A stretch of DNA of 64,000 nucleotides from Callorhinchus milii (Eukaryota). The notes below the pieces were generated by a model. It saw nothing but the letters and a program-made list of their open reading frames with translations, was not told the origin of the DNA and ran no database searches. Positions within the stretch are counted from its first letter, which is position 1. Each line of letters begins with the position of its first letter. Below, one piece after another: positions 1 through 10,700 of the stretch. Both the position numbers and the translations under genes were made by a program. The stretch covers positions 496,001 to 560,000 of the forward strand of contig NW_024704743.1 in the NCBI RefSeq assembly GCF_018977255.1, written 5' to 3'.

Positions 1-300
1 CTGCAGTCTTATGCAACTATAAGACTGTCTGTAGTTCTCTCAGGCTAGCACCTGTCTGGGAATCACAGAGAGGGAAAAACAGCTGATTCATAATTCTGAA
101 AACTTCGGTTAAACAGGTATTGTGGAGAACAGTGATAGGGAACATCTGGAGGCAGTGCCTTATTCCAGGTAACGTAAACCTGTCTGAACACCCTCTCACA
201 GAAAACAGGTTATTGGCAATATAAGTTTATAAAATATCGAGTCTTACAGTGTAGCAAGCGAGAGGACCTAATGTGTCACCACCACGTGCTCAATCAATAG

Positions 301-410
301 CACATTATCACATCAATGAGACATCTCAAAGCGCATCACAGAATATTGCAAAGTGAATTGACTGTATATTTAGTGGGTGAAACGTGGCAGCCAATTGCAC
401 ATAGCAGCGT
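301..410 (-). mobile_element. tRNA-SINE (dominant family), 3' fragment
   Basis: Reverse complement of the family 3' body (gagacatctcaaagcgcatcacagaatattgcaaagtgaattgactg...ggcagccaattg). Confidence 0.85.
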
Positions 411-744
411 ACAACGTGACCTTTAAGACTTACTCTTAGTTACATAAGACTCCATTGAGTCTTTACTCCCTATATTTTCTGTGTCAAGCATATGGCAAAA
501 CACACAACAGTCCTGTCGAATCTCATGTACAGCATTTCCTGTGACAGCTTTCTTTAGTATAAAAGTCATGTTCTGTATGACTAAAAAAAAGGTTTGTTTA
601 ACATGTTAAATGAGGTTCCTGGTTTGGGAAAATAAATCATATACGTTGCATAATCCTGTCATACCGATCAAACAAATAAATTAATAATAATAATTTGGTC
701 GCTCAGTCCACGACTGTTTGTGCCACACTGCTGGGCTCAATTGA

Positions 745-1040
745 CCCCTCTCTCCTCATCCTCTCCCCCCCTCTCTTTCCTCTCCCCCCCTCTCTCTCTT
801 CTCCCCCCCTTCTCCTAACTCTCCCCCCCGTCTCTCTCTCTCCCCCCCTTCTCCTGACTCTCCCCCCCTCTCCTCTCCCCCCCTTCTCCTGACTCTGTCC
901 CCCCCTCTCTCTCTCCCCCCTTCTCCTGACTCTCCCCCCCCCTCTCTCTCTCCCCCCTTCTCCTGACTCTCTCCCCTCCATTCTCTCTCCCCCTCTTTCC
1001 CCCCTTCTCCTGACTCTCCCCCTCTCTCTCCCCACCCCCA
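745..1040. repeat. Polypyrimidine minisatellite, ~30-35 bp unit (ctctccccccttctcctgactctcccccc)
   Basis: About 8-9 imperfect units with recurring cttctcctgactct; directly follows a SINE fragment at ~685-745. Confidence 0.9.
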
Positions 1041-1069
1041 CACACTCTGCTCAGTTATACCATTTTTCT

Positions 1070-1945
1070 TTTCGGTTTTCTGTCTGGGTTTTACCTCAAC
1101 TTCTCTCTTCTGTTGCCTTTCGTTTTCCTTTGATGAAGGAAATGAGGTTTAAAATAATAATTTCAGCAATTAATCTGGAGAGAAATGAGAGAGAGAGAGT
1201 GTGGTGGGGGGGGGGGGTTGTATTTCAAGATTGTTCCAACTTTTCTTGGTTCTGCCAATATTTTTATTTTGCCCCAAAACTTCTCTCTTTCTTCTGAAAT
1301 GAGGTTGAAAATAATAATAATTTTTTTTAGCTATAAAATAATGTAAAGTGCATTAATCTAGAGAGCAAATGGAGGGGGGGAGGGAGGGAGGGGGCTGTTT
1401 ATATTGTAAAACCTGGGCCCCCCTCTCTCTCTCTCTTTCAGCTCTACTCACTTTTACTATTTTCTGCTTTATTTTACCGAAACTTCTCTCTTCTTAAGGA
1501 AATTAAGTTGAACATAAACTTTCAGATGTAGGGGCGGAGGGGTGGGGGTTGTTTATGTGTCAGAGTACTTTTTTTAAAAAAAAAACTCGACTGATGTTGT
1601 TATTTCCATTTTCTGTCATACTTTGGCTAAAGGTCTCTCGTTTTTTTGGGTTGAAAAAAGGAAATTAAGTTTAAAATGAACTTCCACAAATCACTCTTCA
1701 GAGAGTGCGAAGTGAAAGAGAGAGAGAGAGAGAGAGAAATGAGGATTGTGTGTCACACATATACCCCCCATCCTCTCTCAACTCTGTTGAGCCATTATTT
1801 CTGTTTTCTGCCCTTAATTTCGGAGTTAAGGTTCAAAATAAACTTTTTAACCAATTAACCCAGAGACAGAGAGCGTGAGAGGGGGGGGAGAGAGATGGGG
1901 GTCGTGTGTGCGTTTAAACGTCAGGTCAGATACAACTCTGTTGTG
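1070..1945. repeat. Degenerate tandem array, ~5 units of 157-203 bp
   Basis: Ordered motifs recur: aacttctctctt, then GAAAT(G/T)A(G/A)GTT(T/G)AAAATAA at 1139, 1296, 1499, 1661 and 1823 (variant), then attaatct(g/a)gagag, then a G/GA run. Confidence 0.7.
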
Positions 1946-2949
1946 TTGTGTTGTGCCATTGTTTTTTTTTGTGTGTGTGTGTATTTTCTCATTTGAGAGA
2001 GAAAGTGAATCGCAATCTTGTGCATTGATTCATAATGTTATAAAGTTAACAGAAAAAGACCTGCGAGGAAGCAGAGCTCCGAGTTGGGAAAAAATTGGAG
2101 CTCAGTTCTTCCCTCATGTCTCGACCTGTACAGTGTTTTTTTTTCTCTCTCTCTCCTTCTTTTATTTTTTTTTTTAGCGTTTCAGTGAATAAGGTTTGAC
2201 ACGAACTTCTCCACATGAGCTTTCGAAAAGCAATGCGTTTGCTTACAGGTGTGGGGTCTTGTTGGTCTCTCAACCCACTCTTTTTCCAATTATTTTTATT
2301 TTCGACCCGTTTTAAAGGTCACATTTTAAATGAACTTAATGGAATAATAGTACGTGCAATAATAGTTAATAGAGAGGGAGATGAGGGAGCAGTTTCACTC
2401 AAGGTTTTCTGAGTTTTTTTCCCCCCTCTCCTGTGTGTTTTTTTCTGACTTGTTTAAGGCAGTCAGATTTAAACAAGAAATACTACCATAGTTTTATACA
2501 CGTTTTAATAATATTGAACTGGATTATAGAGCGGTTTAAAAAAAAAATCAGGTCAGGTTTTGGAGCTTTTAGGAGTATTTTTTTTCCCCTTATTTAAGAA
2601 AAAAAACAAAAAAAAACTTCAGCAAAATGAATTACAATACAAATATTTTTTTCCAGTGAGAGAGGGGGAGAGAGAAAGAGAAAGTTGGGGCTTCTGAGTT
2701 TTAATGAAGTTCTCCCATTCTTTTTTTTTTGGTTTAAAAAAAATATATTTTTTCCTTCGGAGGGAATCGAATCGAAGAAAGAAAAGCGAGAATTAAATAG
2801 AAATTTTTTTTTTTAAAAAAATGTACTCGTGGGGTGTAACGTGTGTGTGTGTGTTGATACGAACCCTCTTCCTCCCCCTAACTTTTTTTTATGGAGTTTG
2901 GAAAGAAAAATGATTGGGGGGTTTTTGTGTTTTAAGAAAAAAAGAGAGA

Positions 2950-4420
2950 GAGTTCGGGACTTGGGGCAAAATCTGTCATCTGAGGAATCTTAATAACATT
3001 GCACTCGGTTCGCGAGAGAGACCCCCACAAAAGGAACGAAACGCCCCTCTTTTTTTTTCTGTGCAAAAAAAAAACCACACACACACACACAACACACGCA
3101 CACAACAACACACACAACACCAGGAAATGTAACCCTCTAAAAAAAGCTGTTTGGAATTAGAGACGAGTGCTCTCTGTTTGGAAGTGCGTGTGTTTCGATT
3201 CCAAACCGTTTGCGAGAGGGGCTCGGACCGATTTTTTTATTTATATATATATATATAAATATATATCATATATATATAAATATATATCATATATATATTT
3301 GTAGTTAAAGTACTGTAACACTGCAGGAGAGAGAGAGGGGTGGGGGGGGGGGGAACGTTGCCCGTCTGAGGTCCCTTTAGAAAAAACACTTTATTATTAT
3401 TATTTCTGTGTGTGAGCAGTTGTGCAAATACGCTTTTTTTTTCCCCTTAAATTCTTTCCTGTCGTGGTGGTGGTGGTGGTGGTGTTGGTGATTTTGTGCA
3501 ATTCCATTGCATTCGGGGTTGCAGTTCCTCAGCTGTAACTGGGGGCCCTGTAGGGAAAAGTAAGACGTTTCAGACCAAGACACAAGTACTTACTCTCTCA
3601 AAACACGTGTGGTCCTGGGGAAAAAAATGGAATTATTAAATATCGACGCGTTAATACTTGTGTTTTTTTTTAAAAAAAACAACAAGTCTTGTCCTAGACA
3701 GCAGTGGGGGGGGGGGGGAATAGATTAATATCTATCCTCTTTGCCATATGTTCTCTGATCTCTCAAATAAAATGGTTCGTTTCAAAAATAGCGACACATG
3801 TCATCACATGAAAACATTTACCCACACGAAGGGGAGGGAGGGGGGGGGGTTTCTGATCGTACTGAAGGCGTGTTATTTGTATACACTTTCATTTTTAAAT
3901 CCCCCCCCCACACCCTCTCCAGCCTTTTCTAGTATTTTCCTATCTTTCTTTTATAGCAATCGCTTTCTCGCGCGTAAACCGGAGGGTTGTAGCCGGTCTG
4001 GTTTCGGTTTAACTTTTCTAAATGGTTCTCTTTGTCCCATTTTTTTTTTATTGTTTTCGTGTGTTTTTGAAGGTTTTATAATAAAGCGAGACTTAGCCCT
4101 TGTGGAGGTGGAACGCATTACGCTCTGTGATGTGGACTGGCAATGGTAACTCTTGTTTTGCTTTGCAGCAGAAGTTAACAGTAAAATTTTTATAACCACG
4201 TGAATGCTTCAGCTTGATTATAAGCCCGAGCGTTTTAGCTTAGGGTTTCGGCGCTTGACCTTACAGCGGGGCGATGTTGAACGGGTATTATTAGGAAGTC
4301 TACCTCGCGAAAGCTCACCGCCTTAGACGGGCGAAATGAAACTTTTTTTTCTCTCTCGTTGCGCCGTTGCTTTTCCTTCCTCTCCCGATTTTCTCCTCTC
4401 CTTTCTGTCGCTTTCTTAAG
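2950..4420. promoter_or_regulatory. Putative promoter / 5' regulatory region
   Basis: No recognisable SINEs, locally raised CpG, TCGCGA at 3010 and 4305, E2F-like tttctcgcgc at 3964-3973, ISRE-like GAAATGAAACT at 4333-4343. Confidence 0.4.
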
Positions 4421-4906
4421 ATGCTGTTTCGCGTCCTGACTGCCGTCTGTCTGGTCCCTTGCCCATATATGAATGTGTCTGGCCAGTCAGTTTTGGCAGG
4501 CGGTGCGATCACAGTGCTGGTGGGAGTTGGGGGCAATCCAGCTGAATCCTATTACTGTCCTTAGAAGATCTCCACTATGCATTCTTTCCAGCAAAGGTCA
4601 CTAGATCACAATCACAAACAGAATCCTGGGCTGATTTATATTTTTTATTCCCCCACCCCCACCCCCTCTTCCCGTAGTCTGAGCTGTAGTTTAAATGCTC
4701 CAAGACACTGCCTCGGGTGAAGGGCGCTATATAAATCCAATGTCTGCTGTTGTCTCCGATGCCATTTGTAGGGTCTCCGACTGCAAATGAAATCGAGGAC
4801 CTCAATACAGGACAAATTCCATTTGTACAGCGCCTTTCCCATGAGGATGTCCCAAAGCGGTGAACAGATGTTCGAACGTGTGACTTTCTTTTCTTATTGG
4901 TTGGTG

Positions 4907-5096
4907 CAGTGTGGTCCAACTGGCTGCCGGTGGGCCTCATCCGGCCCGGGGAATCATTTCAAGTGGCCCGCAAATCATTTCCCACATCACTATCTGACGA
5001 GCAGATACAAGCGACGCGCACGCAGGCTAATCAGGTCACTGGGGTCTCTAAAGGCCAGCATCCGGCCCTCGGCAGCCAAAAAGTTGGACCACGCTG
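4907..5096. mobile_element. hAT (Charlie-like) MITE
   Basis: 15 bp terminal inverted repeats cagtgtggtccaact / agttggaccacgctg (14/15 match), subterminal ggccc motifs, decayed 8 bp TSD ggttggtg / agttagtg (6/8). Confidence 0.85.
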
Positions 5097-5259
5097 AGTT
5101 AGTGTGTGGCGATGGCTGTTGATAGGCATTGGTGGAGCGGCAACAGATTTTCTGGCAGCAGCTTTATGACAGATGTTTTACAATGGTACTAAAGCAAGTC
5201 TTAAAAGGAACCCATCATCTGAACAGCAATTAAGAATAAAACTGTCCCTCACCTGTCAG

Positions 5260-5328
5260 TGCTGTGACTATAACACTGCACTGTTCAGTGTGATGACATC
5301 CTCCCTGTATATCAGTGAAGACGTGAAG
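5260..5328 (+). other. Candidate 69 nt exon
   Basis: Acceptor tccctcacctgtcag, donor AAG|gtgagc; one frame open (CCDYNTALFSVMTSSLYISEDVK); protein not recognised. Confidence 0.25.
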
Positions 5329-5510
5329 GTGAGCCACGTAAATGCATCCCGGTCGTCGTAAAAAAATAATCTGTGAAATTATTTCTCTCCCTTTGTGGTA
5401 ACCGACGTGGTTGTTGATGCTACAGTGGAAACGTCGCAAGGTTTCTGCGGCACACCGCGGTTGCCATCGGACTTCCAAGCCCATACGCTGTTAAACCCTG
5501 AAATTGGCGA

Positions 5511-5701
5511 TGGAGTCCTGTAGTAATAATTTGGTCGCTCCATCCACGACTGTTTGTGGGGTGCACTGCCGTATGCACTTGGCTGCCCCGGTTTGCCCCG
5601 CAAAACGTGCCGTGGATTCACCTTATATTGAGTATATTCTGCGAAGTGCTTTGGGACGCCTCGGCGAATGCAGAAAAAGGGAATCGCGCCAAAGATGCAA
5701 G
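5511..5701 (+). mobile_element. Internally deleted tRNA-SINE
   Basis: First 13 nt of the head (tggagtcctgtag) joined directly to taataatttggtcgctc and the 3' body. Confidence 0.75.
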
Positions 5702-5934
5702 CGAAATCAATCCGAATTTGGGCAGCAACACTGGAATTAGGGGGAGGGCCCATTAATACCCAAGTATGCAGCTCTCCGCACTTTTAAACGTCTGTGGGTT
5801 TTAGCCTGTTTGGCCTTTTGGGACGTAATTCACTCAAGTTTCACTCATCACTTGTGGTCGTCCAACTTTCTCATGGTTACTGGCAAACATTAATCTCTTT
5901 ATAATGATGTGCTGGACATACAGTCCACAATGTA

Positions 5935-6230
5935 TCAGGTTCCTATCTCATTCTGTGCTGAGTTCGCTGATCTTAGCTGCTGACCTCAATGTCATTGTGT
6001 AAGAGAGGGAGAGGAGGGGGGGGGGACGCGAAGGGGAAGAACAAGTCCGGGTTCTTTCTCCGGATTGCTAACCAGATACGAACCCTGCGAGTGTGTGTGC
6101 GCGCGCGCGCGTTTGTGTTGTGTTTGGATGTCGGGCGAGGACGTGATTAGGATTTTCCCTGTGGTGAAACGTCCTGCCAACTCTTGACTGTCGGACTTCA
6201 TGCACAACGGGTGTCAGCATCTGAAGCAAA
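5935..6230 (+). mobile_element. AmnSINE2-like ancient SINE relic
   Basis: ctgtgctgagttcgctgatcttagc ... ggatgtcgggcgaggac ... cctgccaactcttgactgtc resembles the recalled AmnSINE2 consensus. Confidence 0.6.
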
Positions 6231-6540
6231 ATGCACTTATATAAGAGCGGGGGGTGGGGGTGGGAAAAAAATGGCAGGTCTTGTTCTAACTGGTGCTCGG
6301 TTCTGCCTAAGTGCAGGGAAATTGCTGTGTTTGGGTGGAATACATAGGTAGAACCCTGCCTGGTTTGGGCATTATTTTGCGTGAGTCAGACCCTCGACCA
6401 AAACATTTTTATCGGTGCACGTTCAGTGTAAATGCAGCGTGGGTACATCGCAGCCTGTTGAGTTATTGGAGAATCTTGTCACATCAAGACCCAAGTGCAA
6501 TAAGCTTCTTAACGTCCCCAGTTCTCAAAGTAAGTTCAAG

Positions 6541-6684
6541 GCTGTGCGCAATTGGCTGCCGCGTTCGCCCACAAATATACAGTCAATTCACTTTACAGTG
6601 TGTTCTGTGAAGCGCTTTGGGACGTCCTCCCGACGTGAAAAGCGCTATATCAAATGCAAGGATTATTATTATTATTATTATTAT
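6541..6684 (+). mobile_element. Young 5'-truncated tRNA-SINE with L2-type tail
   Basis: 123 bp identical to the reverse complement of 48961-49083; (tta)n tail; aaggct at both 6538-6543 and 6685-6690. Confidence 0.95.
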
Positions 6685-6798
6685 AAGGCTACAAGTTAAT
6701 CCTTTGGCGTTCAGTAATGTAAGGCATTTAATTCACTTGTCCAGGTTCCCGCGTTAGTCTGTAAAGCTTCCACGGTGTAATCTTGGGGGTTGGGGGGA

Positions 6799-7200
6799 GG
6801 TAAGCGGGGTCTCCTTGGAGCCGAACTGGCTCCAAGATGCCGTGTTCGGCGGCAGAACGTCAGGGCTCGTCACGCTCAGCTCCCGTTAACCCTGCAATCC
6901 AAAGCCTTAACCGACAGGGTGGTCCGAGCTGGGCAAGCAGCAGGAACGCTTGCCAGGCAGTGATATGAATGGCAAGCTGTGTGGTTTCAGCTGGTTAGAC
7001 TCCAGCAGTTACCCCAACGCACTCTTGCCAACCTGCACCTAATACTTTCCGGAATTGGGTAAGCAGGGGGCGTTCATCCAGGGGGTGAGAGAGAGAGAGA
7101 GAGAGAGAGCGCATTCCAATAAACATCTCTGGGATTTTGATGTGTAGGTGGATGCGTGGAACTCTTGTTTGGCTTAATCATAGGGTTTCTGCATGTGTCA
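6799..7200 (+). mobile_element. Unclassified interspersed repeat (family X), internally deleted copy
   Basis: Shares ggttagactccagcagttaccccaac and the hairpin cttggagcc-gaact-ggctccaag with 33612-34152; orientation inferred from AATAAA at 7118 and the A-rich end. Confidence 0.85.
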
Positions 7201-8499
7201 AAAAAAATCCATTCTGCATTTTGCTCATGCAAAGCCGGTCCCACCCCTTCACGCACTCGCACACGTTTCTATTTTGTTGTGAATTACGTGTCATAATCTT
7301 GAGATTTGCTTCTCACTTGGGCCATTTTGCCGACAAAATACGCAGTCAACCCACTTTACAGTATATCCTGTGTCGCGCTTTGAGACGTCTCAATGACGCG
7401 ATAAGGCGCGATATCAAACGTCAAAATTCTTGGGCCTGCTGCTGTGTAAACTATTCTCTGAACGAATTCACCTTTTGCTTGCAAAAATAAGGTTGAACAT
7501 AGTTAGAATGCTGTGTGCAAATTCACAGCTGTATTCACCTACAAAATGTATAGTCTCCACATTTCCAGTAAATTTAGTGAAACACTTGTGACACAGCTTC
7601 CTGACGTGAAAGGCTCTATATCAGTCGATTTTTATTGAACTGCACGGTGGTGGAGTGGAGCCAAGCGAGGATGGGTGTGTGGCTCTCGGAGCTGTGTGTG
7701 TGGATGGTATATAACCTTTGGAAGGAAGAGCGGCAAACAAGCCCGAAGGTCATTTTGCCTATTGTGTCGGTGTGGTAGCTCCCCACTGGATCTGTGCACT
7801 TTAAACCCATATCAAGTAAAGGTCGCTTCTCCCCAAAAAATCTGCATAAGATCACGATTTAGTCACGTGTGAAATGTTTACCAATTTGTATTTGCTTCGA
7901 GCTGACATCTAACAGTGGAATCAATGATTAGTTTTTTTTTACTTGGAGATGCTTAACTAGGGTTGGGTCGTGTCTAGTGACGAATTGGATTTGTAGACGC
8001 ACATCGAAGGATGTCTGTTATGTATTTTCTAGGATTCGTTGTTCAATTCATTTTATAAATTCAGCTCATTCCCAATTGTGAACAAATTACATTTAAAAAA
8101 AAAACCTCACGAGGGAATTAGTGTAACTTTTGAATTATACAAACATTTGGTTGATTTGTATCGGTAGAGCCGTAGCATAGAAACCATGAAACAGAGCAAA
8201 ATTAATTCATCCCGTACCTCTTCAAGCCCATCTCTCTCATGCCGCCTCCGCCACCCTAGTCGACGGGGAACTCCGCAGCCCAACAACGCTGAGTGCAAAT
8301 CATTCCTTCTTATTTGACCTTTCGCTGTTCTTGTGGCTTTCATAACTATGTTCCCCTAGTCCCCTTCTCCCCTAGAAATAACTACTCTATTGTTGAGACA
8401 TCTCAAAGCGCTAATCAGGAAGTTCCTCTTTAAATTTAATTTTAAGTGTTTGCGTTTTTGAAGAAAGCTTCGTGTTTTAGGGTTTTCTAACTCTGCAGC

Positions 8500-8685
8500 A
8501 ATAAACAACAACAACTTGAATTTACACAGCGCCCTTCGTGCGGGGTAGTGTCCTGGAGCGCTTGAGCAAAAGCAGTTTTGTGAAAAAAAATCCACTCTAG
8601 CAACGAATGACATTTGTGTTGCGCCCTTCATGTCGGGCGGACATCCCAAGGTCCTGGACATTCAGGGATTTGGACCCGATCGGGG
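8500..8685 (-). mobile_element. L2 LINE 3' tails (two adjacent)
   Basis: aacaacaacttgaatttacacagcgcccttcgtg and gcgcccttcatgtcgggcggacatcccaagg...cagggatttggacccga. Confidence 0.75.
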
Positions 8686-9084
8686 GAGCACTTTAATATA
8701 AAGAATACCAACTTTGTTTTAAGTCCCACTAATTAAGCTCCATGATAAAGGGACTTGTATCTAGACTTTATTTCCTCTTTAAGCTTGTTGTGGAATGTAA
8801 GCTTTTACAACGTATTGTTGCCTCGGCTCTTGATTATAATAATCCAGCCACTAACTACCCACAACAAGATGTTTCATAACGTCAAAGAACTTGTGTTTAT
8901 TTCTGCCTGGCTTTTCAAACCGGACCTGGTTTCATCTGAATTGGCACGTTTATATGAAAGGAGAGATTCATATCGCTATTAGTTTCCCATCCTCCTGACT
9001 TTCTACACTTTAGAAATGGTTTGTTAAGTACTGTCTGGAGTAGACATTCTGTCCGGAATTAAATGCCCCGTCAGCAAAATCAGT

Positions 9085-9270
9085 AGGTTCTTCCCCGTCT
9101 TTGTGGGTGGTAAAATGTGGGATCCTTTGCCGCAAACCGTTGTCAAAAGCGGAATCGACAAATTCTTGAATTGCTCGATGAGCTGGATTGTTCGATTGAT
9201 ACGAGGAATGAGCAGCAAATGAGTTGTCTCGGCGTAGACCCGATGGGATGAATGGTCCAATTCTGTTCGG
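9085..9270 (+). mobile_element. CR1 LINE 3' end, decayed
   Basis: gtggtaaaatgtgggatcctttgccgcaa ... agacccgatgggatgaatggtcc matches the CR1 ORF2 end and 3' UTR pattern. Confidence 0.6.
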
Positions 9271-9571
9271 GGAGATGCTTTGATGTCTCTTTTTAAAAAA
9301 AAAGGAGAGATTGAACTGAGAGTTTTGAAGCGAAAATAAGGAACCAAAAAGCCATATGTGAGATATCAGTAGATATCTGCCGTTTCCACTGTTTACAATT
9401 GTGTGATGATTGGAGCGTGCACAATTTCTCAAATAAATAGGCATCGGGTGTTAGGGTAGAGAAGTTGGTGGCCTCTGGGTCATGAGGTTGTGGATTCAAG
9501 TTCCACTTTGGCACATGGAGTCACATAGTCGAGGTTGCCGCTCCAATGCAGTGTTGCAAGCACTGCCCGTC

Positions 9572-9700
9572 AATAATAATAATCCTTGCATTTGATATAG
9601 CGCCTTAGCACGTCGTTGAGACGTCTCGAAGCGCTTCACAATATACTGTAAGTTGAATTGACGGGTGAAACACAGCAACCAGTTGTGCACAGTAGTGTCA
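9572..9700 (-). mobile_element. tRNA-SINE 3' fragment
   Basis: aataataatccttgcatttgatatagcgcc...gagacgtctcgaagcgcttcac. Confidence 0.9.
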
Positions 9701-10549
9701 ACAGTCACATTAGGGAAAAAAAGGTCATTTACCTTCTGGCTGTTTACGAGACATGACTATGTGCAAATTGGTTGCTGCATTGACCTCCAAGTACTGTATA
9801 GTCACTTTACACAAGCTTTTAAGATGTTTTGATGTGATATATGGGATTGTTGGCAGGATAGAAAGGGAAACGTGCGTTCTGAAGCTCTATAATTCTTCCA
9901 TATAAATGTGCCGTGTATTTGATCAAGCTTTGATTGTCCCTGACACTTTGAATGGTTTTTATAAATAGCTATACTGAATATTGTCTTAATCCACTCTGCA
10001 TTACGTGGGCCGTGATAGATGATCTCCAAGCTTACACTTGAGCTATTTTTTGCCTTGGGTTCAAGATCAGCATCCCATCTTTCAGCCATGTGTTACAAAA
10101 GCCACGTGGCTGGCTGGCCCTCCCCGACTTTGTTCAGATCCTCATCCTAATATTCTGCCCGCCATTTTGATGAGATTTCATCAGATTAATATCGCGGCTC
10201 CACTGCCTCGGCTGTGTATGATTTTGAAAGCTTTTGGGCAAAGGGTGATTTCGTTAACGCTGATCGCGTCCTATAATATTTAATCTGTGATTTACCTCTT
10301 CATTGCTCTCTTTTCCCCCCCCCCCCCCCGGCAACACATAGACGCACTTGCTATGCAAATCTTTCTACTCCACTGCTCTCCAGACATATGTAGAGATCTG
10401 AGAACTGTTGTGATGTAGGGAATCCCCCTTGTTGTTGTTCTGATACACACAGAAACCCGGGCCTGCCCGCCCTGCCATCGGCAGTCATGCCTTCATTCCG
10501 TTCACCTCGCCCTTTCCCGTACCTCCTTTCTCTTTGACCATATCTTCGG

Positions 10550-10700
10550 TCATCTTTCCACCCCCCCCACCCCCCCCCCCCCGGCCCACATCACTCCTGA
10601 ATCCAACCCCCAGCTCGGGTGCAAACCTTCGATTGTCCAGCACCTTGGCATTTCCTCCCAACCTGTACAATCTGTTGTTGTTGTTGTTGTTGTTGTTGTT
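10550..10700 (+). mobile_element. L2 LINE 3' UTR and tail
   Basis: aacccccagctcgggtgcaaacc...gtccagcaccttgg followed by (ttg)n. Confidence 0.75.

Noticed and set aside
695..1045. Overlapping Gly/Glu/Arg-rich and Pro-rich ORFs
   Set aside because: They are translations of the CT minisatellite, open in several frames only because stops are absent.
4994..5015. CTGACGA hammerhead-like core
   Set aside because: No GAAA after a stem II and no stems I/III; it is a small tatctg/cagata hairpin inside the MITE.
5289..5380. C-box-like GTGATGA (snoRNA)
   Set aside because: No D box with a terminal stem at a plausible distance.
7869..7880. gtgaaatgttta, like the start of miR-203
   Set aside because: Only 12 nt match and no hairpin.
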